A stretch of DNA of 64,000 nucleotides from an uncultured Gemmatimonadales bacterium. Lineage in GTDB: Bacteria; Gemmatimonadota; Gemmatimonadetes; Gemmatimonadales; GWC2-71-9. The notes under the pieces are model-generated. The model saw nothing but the letters and a program-made list of their open reading frames with translations, made no database searches and was not told where the DNA came from. Where the stretch lies: NCBI GenBank assembly GCA_963828735.1, contig CAWHFW010000002.1, forward strand, positions 128,001 through 192,000, in the 5' to 3' direction. Position numbers and translations under genes: made by a program. Shown one piece after another: positions 54,140 to 64,000 of the stretch. Numbering within the stretch: position 1 is the first letter of the stretch; each line of letters opens with the position of its first letter.

Positions 54140-55056
54140 GCGAGCGCCTCCGCGAGGCTCACGTGCGTCAGGTCCTCGAATGCGGCGACCCGTGCCGCGA
54201 CGTCGGCGAGCGTCACGTGCTCGAAGCCCCGGATGCCGAACTGCTCGACCGCGTAGGAGCCCATGGTCGCGCCGACCACCATGGCCCGGCGGATGTGATC
54301 GTCGGACACCGAGCCCGCGCGCGCGAGGTAGGCCATGAAGCCGCCGGCGAACGCGTCGCCGGCGCCGGTGGGGTCGAACACGTTCTCGAGCGGAAACGCG
54401 GGCACGTAGAAGGTGCGCGTCGGCTCAATCAGAAGCGCGCCGTGCTCGCCCTGCTTGATGACCACCCTCTTGGGCCCATGGGCCAGAATCCAGCGCCCCG
54501 CCCGATGAATGTTCCAGTCGCCGCTCAGCTCGCGTGCCTCGGTGTCGTTCACCATCAGCACGTCGACCTTCCCGAGGAGCTCCATCAGGGCGGTCTTCTT
54601 GCTCTGGATCCAGTAGTTCATCGTATCGCACACGACGAGCGAGGGTCGCGTCACCTGGCCCAGGACGCCGAGCTGCAGCTCGGGATCGATGTTGCCGAGA
54701 AAAAGGAACTTGGCCGAGCGAAAGGTCTCGGGAAGCTTGGGCTGAAAGTCGGCGAACACGCCGAGCCGGGTCTCGAGCGTCTCGCGGCTCTGGAGGTCGT
54801 AGGAGTACTTCCCCTTCCACCGGAAGCTCTCGCCGTCCGCGCGCTCGACGCCGCTCCAATCGATCCCGCGTTCCCCGAGACGCTCGAGCTCGGCGACCGG
54901 GTAGTCCTTGCCGACCACGCCGACCACCTGCACCGGGTGCAGCAGCGAGCCGGCCACGCTGAAGTACACCGCGGACCCCCCGAGCGCGTCGGCCGTCTCG
55001 CCGAACGGCGTGAAGATCGAGTCGAGCGCGATGCTGCCGACGACGAGCAGGCTCAT
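54136..55056 (-). CDS. PfkB-family sugar/nucleoside kinase
   Basis: LGGSA, DTMNYWI, DPTGAGDAFAGG. Confidence 0.9.
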   Translation of the reverse strand: MSLLVVGSIALDSIFTPFGETADALGGSAVYFSVAGSLLHPVQVVGVVGKDYPVAELERLGERGIDWSGVERADGESFRWKGKYSYDLQSRETLETRLGVFADFQPKLPETFRSAKFLFLGNIDPELQLGVLGQVTRPSLVVCDTMNYWIQSKKTALMELLGKVDVLMVNDTEARELSGDWNIHRAGRWILAHGPKRVVIKQGEHGALLIEPTRTFYVPAFPLENVFDPTGAGDAFAGGFMAYLARAGSVSDDHIRRAMVVGATMGSYAVEQFGIRGFEHVTLADVAARVAAFEDLTHVSLAEALA

Positions 55057-55060
55057 CAGG

Positions 55061-56704
55061 TCACATCCGGTCCGGAGCGGTGATGCCCAGGAGGGCGAGC
55101 GCGTTCGCCAGCACGATGCGGGCCGCGCGGGCGAGCAGGAGGCGAGCCTGCTCCGTCGCGGGCCCCTCGGGCGCGCCGACGGCGCGGGTGTGATGGTACC
55201 AGCCGTGCACGGCGGTGGCCAGCTCGTGGAGATACACGGTGATGCGGTGGGGCTCGCGCTCGCGCGCGGCCTTGTCGGCCACTTCGGGAAACGTCGCGAG
55301 CTTCTTGAGCAGCTCGACGTCCTGCGGCGCGGAGAGCGCGGCGAGGTCGAGCGCGCCCTCGACGCTTTCGGGCGCCCGCTCGGCGGTGCGGAAGATGCCG
55401 CTCAGGCGCGCGTGCGCCATCTGGACGTAGAAGACCGGGTTCTCGTCGGTCTGCCGCTTGGCGAGGTCCACGTCGAAGTCGAGCGGGCTCGCGCCCTTGC
55501 GCATGAGGAAAAAGTAGCGCGCCGCGTCCACGCCGACCTCTTCATAGAGGTCGCGCAGGGTGACGAACTCCCCGCTTCGCTTCGACATCTTCACCTCTTC
55601 CCCGCCCCGCACCACCTTGACCAGCTGCACCAGCGCGACGTCGAAGAACTCCGGCGGATAGCCGAGTGCCGCGAGCACCGCGCGCATGCGGGGGATGTAG
55701 CCGTGGTGATCGGCGCCCCACACGTCGATCACCCGATCGAAGCCGCGATCGTGCTTGTCGATGTGATAGGCGATGTCGGGGACGAGGTAGGTGAAGCTGC
55801 CGTCACCCTTGCGCAGCACGCGGTCCTTGTCGTCGCCGAAATCGGTGGTCCGGAGCCACAGGGCGCCCTCGGCCTCGAATGTCAGGCCGCGCGCCGCGAG
55901 CAGCTCGAGGGCGCGCTCGACGCGGCCCGAGTCGTAGATGGACTGCTCCGACGACATGACCCCGAAGCGGACGCCGAAGTCCGCGAGGTCCTGGTCCTGC
56001 TCCTTTCGCTGGATGACAAGGGCCAGCGCGCGGCACCGTTGGATCCCCTCGTCGGCCGGCAACTCGGCGAACCCGGGACCTTCGCGCGTGAGCACGTCGC
56101 GCGCATTCTCGCGCAGGTACTCGCCGTGGTAGCCGCCCTCGGGAATCGCCGAGGGGTGACCCGCGAGCTCGCGCACGCGCGCCCACAGGCTCGCGGCCAG
56201 GCGGTCGATCTGGACCCCGGCATCGTTGACGTAGAACTCGCGGGTGACCGCGTGCCCGGTCCACTCGAGCAGTGCGGCAATTCCGTCGCCAAGGGCGGCC
56301 CCGCGGCCATGACCCACGTGGAGTGGGCCGGTCGGATTGGCAGAGACGAACTCCACGTTGACCTTGAGGCCCGCTCCGGCGGTGGAGCGTCCGTACGACG
56401 GACCCTGCTCGAGGATGGCGCGGTGGACGGCGGCGAGCTGATCCTGGGCCAGCCAGAAGTTGATGAAGCCGGGCCCGGCGATCTCGGTGCGCTCGATCAG
56501 GTCGGGCCCGAGGTGCAGCTCGGCCAGCACCCGCTCGGCGGTCTTGCGAGGGTTGGTGCGCTCGCGCTTGGCGAGGACCATGGCGAGGTTGGTGGCCAGG
56601 TCGCCATGGCCCGCGTCGCGCGGGCGCTCGAGCACGAACTCGACCCCGTCGGCGCCGAGCCGCGAGGCCACCCTCGCGAGCTCGGCGCGGAGCACCTCAC
56701 TCAC
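55061..56704 (-). CDS. argS: Arginine--tRNA ligase
   Basis: EFVSANPTGPLHVGH, WGADHHGY, KMSKR, NPVFYVQMAHAR, APDRM. Confidence 0.97.
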   Translation of the reverse strand: MSEVLRAELARVASRLGADGVEFVLERPRDAGHGDLATNLAMVLAKRERTNPRKTAERVLAELHLGPDLIERTEIAGPGFINFWLAQDQLAAVHRAILEQGPSYGRSTAGAGLKVNVEFVSANPTGPLHVGHGRGAALGDGIAALLEWTGHAVTREFYVNDAGVQIDRLAASLWARVRELAGHPSAIPEGGYHGEYLRENARDVLTREGPGFAELPADEGIQRCRALALVIQRKEQDQDLADFGVRFGVMSSEQSIYDSGRVERALELLAARGLTFEAEGALWLRTTDFGDDKDRVLRKGDGSFTYLVPDIAYHIDKHDRGFDRVIDVWGADHHGYIPRMRAVLAALGYPPEFFDVALVQLVKVVRGGEEVKMSKRSGEFVTLRDLYEEVGVDAARYFFLMRKGASPLDFDVDLAKRQTDENPVFYVQMAHARLSGIFRTAERAPESVEGALDLAALSAPQDVELLKKLATFPEVADKAAREREPHRITVYLHELATAVHGWYHHTRAVGAPEGPATEQARLLLARAARIVLANALALLGITAPDRM

Positions 56705-57030
56705 TCGGACGCGGCCTTCTTCGCCGGCTTCTCGCCCTTCGAGTCCGGCTTGGCCGCTGGCTTGGCGTCCGGCTTCTCGGCCTTGGCGGAGCCGTCCGGC
56801 TTCGCCTCGGCGGCAGGCTTCTCGGATTCCGCCTTGCGCGGCCCCTTGCCGTCCTTGCCGTAGTCGGTGATGTAGAATCCGCTGCCCTTGAACACGAGAC
56901 CCGCACCGCCCGAAATCTTTCGGGTGGCCGGTTTGCCGCATACCGGACATCTGGCGCGCGGCTTCTCGGTCATCTTCTGGAACTTCTCGAACGCGTGCCC
57001 TTCAGGGCACTCGTACTCATAGGTCGGCAT
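56701..57030 (-). CDS. FmdB-family zinc-ribbon protein with low-complexity Lys/Ala tail
   Basis: MPTYEYEC..GH, CPVCG, FKGSGFYITDY. Confidence 0.9.
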   Translation of the reverse strand: MPTYEYECPEGHAFEKFQKMTEKPRARCPVCGKPATRKISGGAGLVFKGSGFYITDYGKDGKGPRKAESEKPAAEAKPDGSAKAEKPDAKPAAKPDSKGEKPAKKAASE

Positions 57031-57064
57031 CGACGCTCGCAGGGGTAAACGGAATCAGCTGCTA

Positions 57065-57093
57065 AAGTTAGCCGACTCGGGCGGGCTGCTCAA
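57065..57093 (-). promoter_or_regulatory. Putative sigma70 promoter for the fmdB-argS string
   Basis: TTGAGC-N17-TAACTT on the minus strand. Confidence 0.5.
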
Positions 57094-57234
57094 GTCCGCG
57101 AGGAGACTCTCCACAAGAGGGGCCAGTGAGCACGCGGCGACGCTCACCCTCGGGCGATCCCAAACGAGGCTCCGCGCCGCGGAGTCCCCGATGGGTCGAT
57201 CCGACGAGCCCGGAGCACGGTGCCTCGGCGGTGC

Positions 57235-58777
<1,543 letters not shown>

Positions 58778-58787
58778 CGTGCCCGCC

Positions 58788-59834
58788 TCACAGCGCCGGC
58801 TGCGAAACGGCGCCGCTTACCCGGGCGGAGGTAGACACCTTCCGGATCGTATCGGCCACGAAGCCGACGTCCTCACGGCTGCCGATCACGAGCGGCGTCC
58901 GCTGATGGAGCTCGGTGGGAACGATGTCGAGGATGCGGTTGGTGCCGTCGGTGGCGCTGCCCTCGGCCTGCTCGGCGATGAAGGCCATGGGGCTCGCCTC
59001 GTACATCAGCCGGAGCTTGCCGCTCGAGTTCTTGGTGTCGGCGGGATAGAGAAAGACCCCACCGCTGATGAGGTTGCGGTGGAAGTCCGCGACCAGCGAG
59101 CCGATGTACCGGCTGTTCTTCGGCTTGAGACCGTCGGGAATGTCGCCCTTGAGGCCGCGCACGGCGATCTGGACCGCGCGGTCCCACCGGCCGAAGTTGC
59201 TCTCGTTGACGCTGTAGTACTGGCCTACTCTCGGCGTCACGATGCGCTCGTGGGAGAGCAGGAACTCCCCGATTGTGGGATCGAGTGTGAATCCATGCAC
59301 GCCCTGACCCGTCGTGTAGACCAGCATGGTGCTCGAGCCGTACATCACGTACCCGGCGGCCACCTGCTGACAGCCGGGCTGGAGCACGTCCGCCTTGGTG
59401 CCGCGTCCCTGGAGGCTGAGGCGGCGATGAATGCTGAAGATGGTGCCGACCGCGGAATTGACGTCGATGTTGGAGGAGCCGTCCAGCGGATCGAACAGGA
59501 CCGCGTACTTGCCGACCGGCGAGTCAGGCGGGACCGGAATGATGTCCTCGTCCTCCTCGCTGCCCATGACGCAGACCCGCCCGGTGTGCTGGAGACAGTT
59601 CTTGATGGTCTCGTTGGCCAGCACATCGAGCTTCTGCTGCTCTTCGCCCTGGACGTTGCGGCGGCCCTGCGCGCCCAGGATGTTGACCAGGCCGGCGCGG
59701 CGGATCGCGGCCGCGATGATCTTGGCGGCGAGCGCGATGTCGTACAGCAGATTCGACAGCTCTCCCGTCGCCTCGGGGTATCGATTTTCCTGGTCGAGGA
59801 TGAACCGCTCGATGGTCGTGACCGACGTTTGCAC
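58788..59834 (-). CDS. fbp: Fructose-1,6-bisphosphatase class 1
   Basis: [32 protein letters not shown]. Confidence 0.96.
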   Translation of the reverse strand: MQTSVTTIERFILDQENRYPEATGELSNLLYDIALAAKIIAAAIRRAGLVNILGAQGRRNVQGEEQQKLDVLANETIKNCLQHTGRVCVMGSEEDEDIIPVPPDSPVGKYAVLFDPLDGSSNIDVNSAVGTIFSIHRRLSLQGRGTKADVLQPGCQQVAAGYVMYGSSTMLVYTTGQGVHGFTLDPTIGEFLLSHERIVTPRVGQYYSVNESNFGRWDRAVQIAVRGLKGDIPDGLKPKNSRYIGSLVADFHRNLISGGVFLYPADTKNSSGKLRLMYEASPMAFIAEQAEGSATDGTNRILDIVPTELHQRTPLVIGSREDVGFVADTIRKVSTSARVSGAVSQPAL

Positions 59835-59862
59835 GAAACCCCCGGGATGTCTGGAGTGAACG

Positions 59863-62106
59863 TCACCGCACGTCGTAGCTGTTCGTTCCCTCGCGCGAGT
59901 ACACCGTCATGCGCCGGCCGTCCGTCACCACCGTCACCGTGCCCTCGCGGTCGGTCCGGTGCACGGCCACCTCGTGGACGCGGAGCCGCGCCAGGGTGGC
60001 GGGTGCCGGATGGCCGTAGTCGTTTCGGCCCACCGAAATGATTGCTACCGTCGGGGCGAGCGCGCCGAGCCACGCGTCGCCGGTGCTCCATCGACTGCCG
60101 TGATGTCCGACCTTCAGCAGATCCACCCGTCGAAGCCGCCCGGCCATGGCCGATTCGGCGGGAAAGCCGGCGTCGCCCGCGAAGAGCGCCTGGAAATCGC
60201 CGTACTCCACCAGGAGCACGAGCGAGTCCTCGTTGACGTCCTCGTTCCACTCGGGCCACCCCGGCGTGGGGTGGAGCACCGTGAACTGGACGCCGTCGAG
60301 AGTGAACCGCTCGCCCGTACGCGCGGGGTGCCACGGGATGCCGTCGGCCAGCAGGCGATCGAGAAACCCGGTGTACCGCGGGTCGGCGACGTCCGCGCCG
60401 GGCTCAACGACGAGTCCCGTGCGAACCCGGGCCATCACGGACGGCAGGCCGCCCAGATGATCGGCGTGGGCGTGGGAGACGACGGCGAGGGCGAGCGACC
60501 GGGCGCCGTGGCGTTGAAGGAACGGCGCGACCACGCGTCGCCCGGCATCGGCCCCTTCGCCCGCGGGCCCGGCATCCACCAGCAGCCAATGTCCAGCGGG
60601 AGTCCGGAGGGCCGCGGCATCCCCCTGCCCGACGTCGAGAAAATGTAACGTGAGGCTCCCGTCGCCGTCAGTCGCGCGCAACAGGGGCGTTCGCGCGAGA
60701 CCCGCCCAGAGCAGGACCGTCACGACCCAGCCCGTGCGACGTGCCGCCTCGCGCAGGGTCGTGTGCGGCTGCGTGATCCAGAGGCCTGCGGCGAGCGCGA
60801 ACACCCACGGCAGAGTGGCTGCCGGGTCGCCGGCCTCCATCAACTGGTGCCCTCCAGGCACAGCGGCGCCCGCCTGGGCGATGAGCTCGAGTGCGTGCAG
60901 CAGCAATCCGGCGCCGGCCGCGAACGGCCGGGCCAGCGGCGCCGCGACGGGCTGCAGCACGAGGCTCGCGAGAACGCCGGGCACCGCGACGGCGGCGATG
61001 GGGATGGCCGCGAAGTTGAGGGCGATGCCCACTGGAGCGACGGTACCGAGTGCCCAGGCGGTGATCGGCGCGGTCGCAAGGGTCGCGCCGATCGACGAGC
61101 CGAGGGTGCGCCAGCCGAAGCTCCCGCCGAGCACGGCGTCGGACCAGCGGCTGAACCGCATGGAGCCCCAGAGCGCCGCGGCGGACAGCCAGCCGCCGAG
61201 ATCGAGGACGGCCCATGGATCGATCAACAGCACCGCGAGGCAGGTGGCCGCGAGCAGCTCCTCCGCACGCACATGCCGCTGGCGTACCCGACATCGAGCA
61301 AGGAGCAGCGCGAGCGCCGCGGCCCGCGTCGCCGGCGCCTGCCAGCCGAGGAAGCCGACATAGGCGCTACTCATCACCGCCGCGACGATCAGCGCCGCGT
61401 CGCGTCGCACCCCCGCCAGCCTCGTGATCAGGAAGATCCAGCCCCCGATCAGCCCGACGTGGAATCCCGAGATCGAGAGCAGGTGTACCAACCCCGACTG
61501 GGCGAACCGATCCTGCAGGTCGGGATCGATGCCCCCTCGGCGGCCGAGCATCAGCGCATCGACGAACGCCGCGCGGGAGCCGTAAAGCTCGTGACTCGCG
61601 CGAGCGAGGATGGTCTGGAGTCGGGCCCCCGGACTCGGGTGACCCGTGGCGCTGTCGGCGCCACGGATCACGAGGATCCCGTCCGCGCGCCCCGCGACAC
61701 CGGCCCTCGGGATCCAGACCGCCTCGACGCGATCGTCGAGCCCGGCGTCGACGGCGGTGCCGGCTGGCCAGCGGGCGGCCACCTCGCCGGTACACCGGGC
61801 CGCGAGCGGCGCCACCTGGACCCGGCCCCCCACGGCGTCGACCGGCTCGGTGAGGCGAACCCGCAGCTGCACGCGTCCCGGCGGAAGGCGCGTGGTGCAC
61901 CGATCCCGGTCCGCCCTCAGAGCCAGCTCGCCGCTGGCCCGGCCGAGCGCCGACCCCGCGGCCAGGAGGAGCAGGAGTGGCCGCCTGCTCAGCGCGCCCG
62001 CGGCCAGGACCACCAGGGCGCCGAGCGGGTTCCCGAAACGCAAAAGGCCGGTCGCGAGACCGGCCCCGTAGGAGACCGTGAACAACAAGGCCGGCCGCGG
62101 CCTCAC
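59863..62106 (-). CDS. comEC: DNA uptake channel ComEC/Rec2
   Basis: [13 protein letters not shown] competence domain; metallo-beta-lactamase part DVGQGD, SHAHADH, KVGHHGS, YGHP. Confidence 0.93.
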   Translation of the reverse strand: MRPRPALLFTVSYGAGLATGLLRFGNPLGALVVLAAGALSRRPLLLLLAAGSALGRASGELALRADRDRCTTRLPPGRVQLRVRLTEPVDAVGGRVQVAPLAARCTGEVAARWPAGTAVDAGLDDRVEAVWIPRAGVAGRADGILVIRGADSATGHPSPGARLQTILARASHELYGSRAAFVDALMLGRRGGIDPDLQDRFAQSGLVHLLSISGFHVGLIGGWIFLITRLAGVRRDAALIVAAVMSSAYVGFLGWQAPATRAAALALLLARCRVRQRHVRAEELLAATCLAVLLIDPWAVLDLGGWLSAAALWGSMRFSRWSDAVLGGSFGWRTLGSSIGATLATAPITAWALGTVAPVGIALNFAAIPIAAVAVPGVLASLVLQPVAAPLARPFAAGAGLLLHALELIAQAGAAVPGGHQLMEAGDPAATLPWVFALAAGLWITQPHTTLREAARRTGWVVTVLLWAGLARTPLLRATDGDGSLTLHFLDVGQGDAAALRTPAGHWLLVDAGPAGEGADAGRRVVAPFLQRHGARSLALAVVSHAHADHLGGLPSVMARVRTGLVVEPGADVADPRYTGFLDRLLADGIPWHPARTGERFTLDGVQFTVLHPTPGWPEWNEDVNEDSLVLLVEYGDFQALFAGDAGFPAESAMAGRLRRVDLLKVGHHGSRWSTGDAWLGALAPTVAIISVGRNDYGHPAPATLARLRVHEVAVHRTDREGTVTVVTDGRRMTVYSREGTNSYDVR

Positions 62107-62122
62107 CGCGACCCGGGGAGGC

Positions 62123-62410
62123 TCAGAGCTGTCGCGTGCGACCCTTGGCGCCGCAACGCGGCGCCTGCGAGATCTTCCGCAGGCCGTCCATCATCGCCAC
62201 GTCGATCGCCGCGCGACTCTGGTCCTTCTCGAGACTCACCTCGGTCATCACCGAGCCCTGCCGGCTCGCGACATAGCGTGGCGGCACGCGGTTCAGCGCG
62301 TACACCATGGCGTCCTCGCGGCACACATCGCAGCCGCAGAACTCGGGGAAACGCGGCCGAAGCGATTCGTACGAGGCGCGGACGTGCTCCTCGACCAGAT
62401 TGTGAATCAC
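62123..62410 (-). CDS. ComFB-family protein
   Basis: VIHNLVEE...CGCDVCREDAMVYALNRVPPRY; GTG start overlaps the miaB stop. Confidence 0.85.
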   Translation of the reverse strand: MIHNLVEEHVRASYESLRPRFPEFCGCDVCREDAMVYALNRVPPRYVASRQGSVMTEVSLEKDQSRAAIDVAMMDGLRKISQAPRCGAKGRTRQL

Positions 62411-63717
62411 AGGACCGCCAGGGCCGGCGCCACGACGGCGCCGGTGAACGTCGAGCCCGTGGTGCCGGTGAGCCGACAGGTATGGTATTCGCCGATCGCG
62501 GCACCGGGCAGGTCGAGGAGGACGAGGTGATTGCCCCGGGTCCGGCCGAGCATGAGATCGCCGCGCCGGGCGGGGCGCTCCACCAGCACCTCGTGCGTCT
62601 GGCCGACCCGGGCGGCATTCTTCCGGCGGGCGTTCGCGCGGACCACCTCGATGAGACGGGCCAGCCGGGCGGACGCCACGTCGTCGCCGACGTGATCGCG
62701 CAGGCGCACCGCCGGCGTGCCGTCGCGCACGGAATACTTGAAGGTGTAGGCGTCGTCGAAGTCGGCATCGGTGACGAGGCTCAGCGTCTCCTCGAATTGC
62801 TCGTCCGTCTCGCCCGGGAAGCCGACGATGATGTCGGTGGAGATGGTGATGCCCGGCACGGCCGCGCGCAGCTCGGCGACGACGTCGAGATAGCGCTCGC
62901 GCGTGTAACGGCGCAGCATCCGGCGGAGGACCGCGTTCGAGCCGCTCTGCACCGGCAGATGCACGTGCTCGCACACCGCCGCCGTGGTGGCCATCGCTTC
63001 GATGACCCGGGGGGTGAACTCCGTCGGATACGGACTCGTGAACCGGACCCGCTGGATGCCGTCAATGCCGCCGACCGCCCGGAGCAGGTCGGCGAAGTCG
63101 CTCGCACCGTCGTGGTAGCTGTTGACCGTCTGACCGAGCAGCGTCACCTCGGTGGTGCCGTCCAGGGCAAGGCCGGCCACCTCGCGCACGACGTCCTCCA
63201 GCCGCCGGCTCCGCTCCGGTCCGCGCGTGTGCGGGACGATGCAGAAGGTACAGCGGTAATCGCACCCACGCTGTACCGTGACGAACGCCGTCGGTCCTTT
63301 TCCGCGCACCGGCGGGACATCCTCGTAGTGCTCCCACTCGCGGAAGCCGGTGTCGGTCGCGCGCTGGCCGCTCTCGGCGAGGCCGATGAGCTCGGGGAGG
63401 TTGCGGTACGCGTCCGGGCCGACGACCAGGTCTACCCGGGGTACGCGCTCGAGCAGCACGGGGCCGAGTCGCTGCGCCATGCAGCCAACCACGCCAAGCA
63501 CGTCGCCAGGACGCTTGTGGCGCTGGAGCTCGCCCATGCGGCCGATCACGCGCTGCTCGGCGTTGTCCCGAACGGCGCAGGTGTTGACCAGCATGACGTC
63601 GGCGTCGGCCGGATCGTCGGCGCGGACGTAGCCCGCCCGATCCAGGAGCCCGAACATGAGCTCCGAGTCCGCCACGTTCATCTGGCAGCCGTACGTTTCG
63701 ATATAGACGCGCTTCAT
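62407..63717 (-). CDS. miaB: tRNA-2-methylthio-N6-dimethylallyladenosine synthase
   Basis: TYGCQMN, NTCAVR, radical-SAM CDYRCTFC, DIIVGFPGET, TRAM domain. Confidence 0.96.
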   Translation of the reverse strand: MKRVYIETYGCQMNVADSELMFGLLDRAGYVRADDPADADVMLVNTCAVRDNAEQRVIGRMGELQRHKRPGDVLGVVGCMAQRLGPVLLERVPRVDLVVGPDAYRNLPELIGLAESGQRATDTGFREWEHYEDVPPVRGKGPTAFVTVQRGCDYRCTFCIVPHTRGPERSRRLEDVVREVAGLALDGTTEVTLLGQTVNSYHDGASDFADLLRAVGGIDGIQRVRFTSPYPTEFTPRVIEAMATTAAVCEHVHLPVQSGSNAVLRRMLRRYTRERYLDVVAELRAAVPGITISTDIIVGFPGETDEQFEETLSLVTDADFDDAYTFKYSVRDGTPAVRLRDHVGDDVASARLARLIEVVRANARRKNAARVGQTHEVLVERPARRGDLMLGRTRGNHLVLLDLPGAAIGEYHTCRLTGTTGSTFTGAVVAPALAVL

Positions 63718-63828
63718 GATCCCGTTGAGAAGAAATGGGCCGGCCGTTCACCAACGCTCGCGTCGGGCACGGCCCACGAGGAGGTCGTCGGTGGGCGCCG
63801 GGCCCCGCGCCCCCGAAACATACCTCGC

Positions 63829-64000
63829 CTACGGCCGCACCGTGACTCCAATGTTCAGCAGGAACGCCCGCTCCGAGTACGCCCCCGCCGCCCGCCAGAC
63901 GTGCTCAAGCCCGATGTCCATGCCGGCTCGGTCCTGCGCGAACCTCATCCCGCTGCCGATGGAGATCCCGAGCTCGCTGGGTTGCTCGCCGGGGACCAGC
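63829..64000 (-). CDS. C-terminal end of a probable outer-membrane beta-barrel protein (partial)
   Basis: Manual translation ...ELGISIGSGMRFAQDRAGMDIGLEHVWRAAGAYSERAFLLNIGVTVRP*, with an alternating beta-strand pattern. Confidence 0.55.
   Translation of the reverse strand, partial: LVPGEQPSELGISIGSGMRFAQDRAGMDIGLEHVWRAAGAYSERAFLLNIGVTVRP

Noticed and set aside
57055..57082. CIRCE (HrcA) operator before the FmdB gene
   Set aside because: TTAGCA- and GCTAA-like half-sites are in the wrong order and spacing for TTAGCACTC-N9-GAGTGCTAA.

Overview
High-GC bacterial chromosomal window, almost entirely coded on the minus strand; gene content and order suggest Gemmatimonadota (inference). 25.4-64 kb is a tightly overlapping housekeeping string: miaB, ComFB, comEC, fbp, methylmalonyl-CoA mutase, argS, purM, rib genes, nusB, hpf, hprK, mannose-family PTS, metK, ahcY, a cobalamin-riboswitch-controlled B12 uptake operon, recO, selB, clpB and tadA. 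pyrR-pyrB-pyrC lies at the left end. Between two tRNA-Ser genes (3657-3743 and 25153-25239) is an accessory-looking block: a VWA protein, a seven-gene amine/omega-amino-acid catabolic operon ending in a secreted beta-propeller metallohydrolase, GS type III, cysK and an ADP-ribosylglycohydrolase. The most notable signal is a ~2.9-kb integrase-less islet carrying one Ser/Thr kinase-TPR receptor gene, bounded by a 62-bp direct repeat of the tRNA-Ser(CGA) 3' half with a compensatory base-pair change. Also notable are an unannotated thiolase C-terminal relic, a switch-like structured leader upstream of pyrR, and a 39-codon ORF coupled to ribD. About eleven single-base frameshifts in conserved genes are most likely sequencing or assembly errors. 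All calls come from reading the sequence and motifs by eye; no database searches were run.
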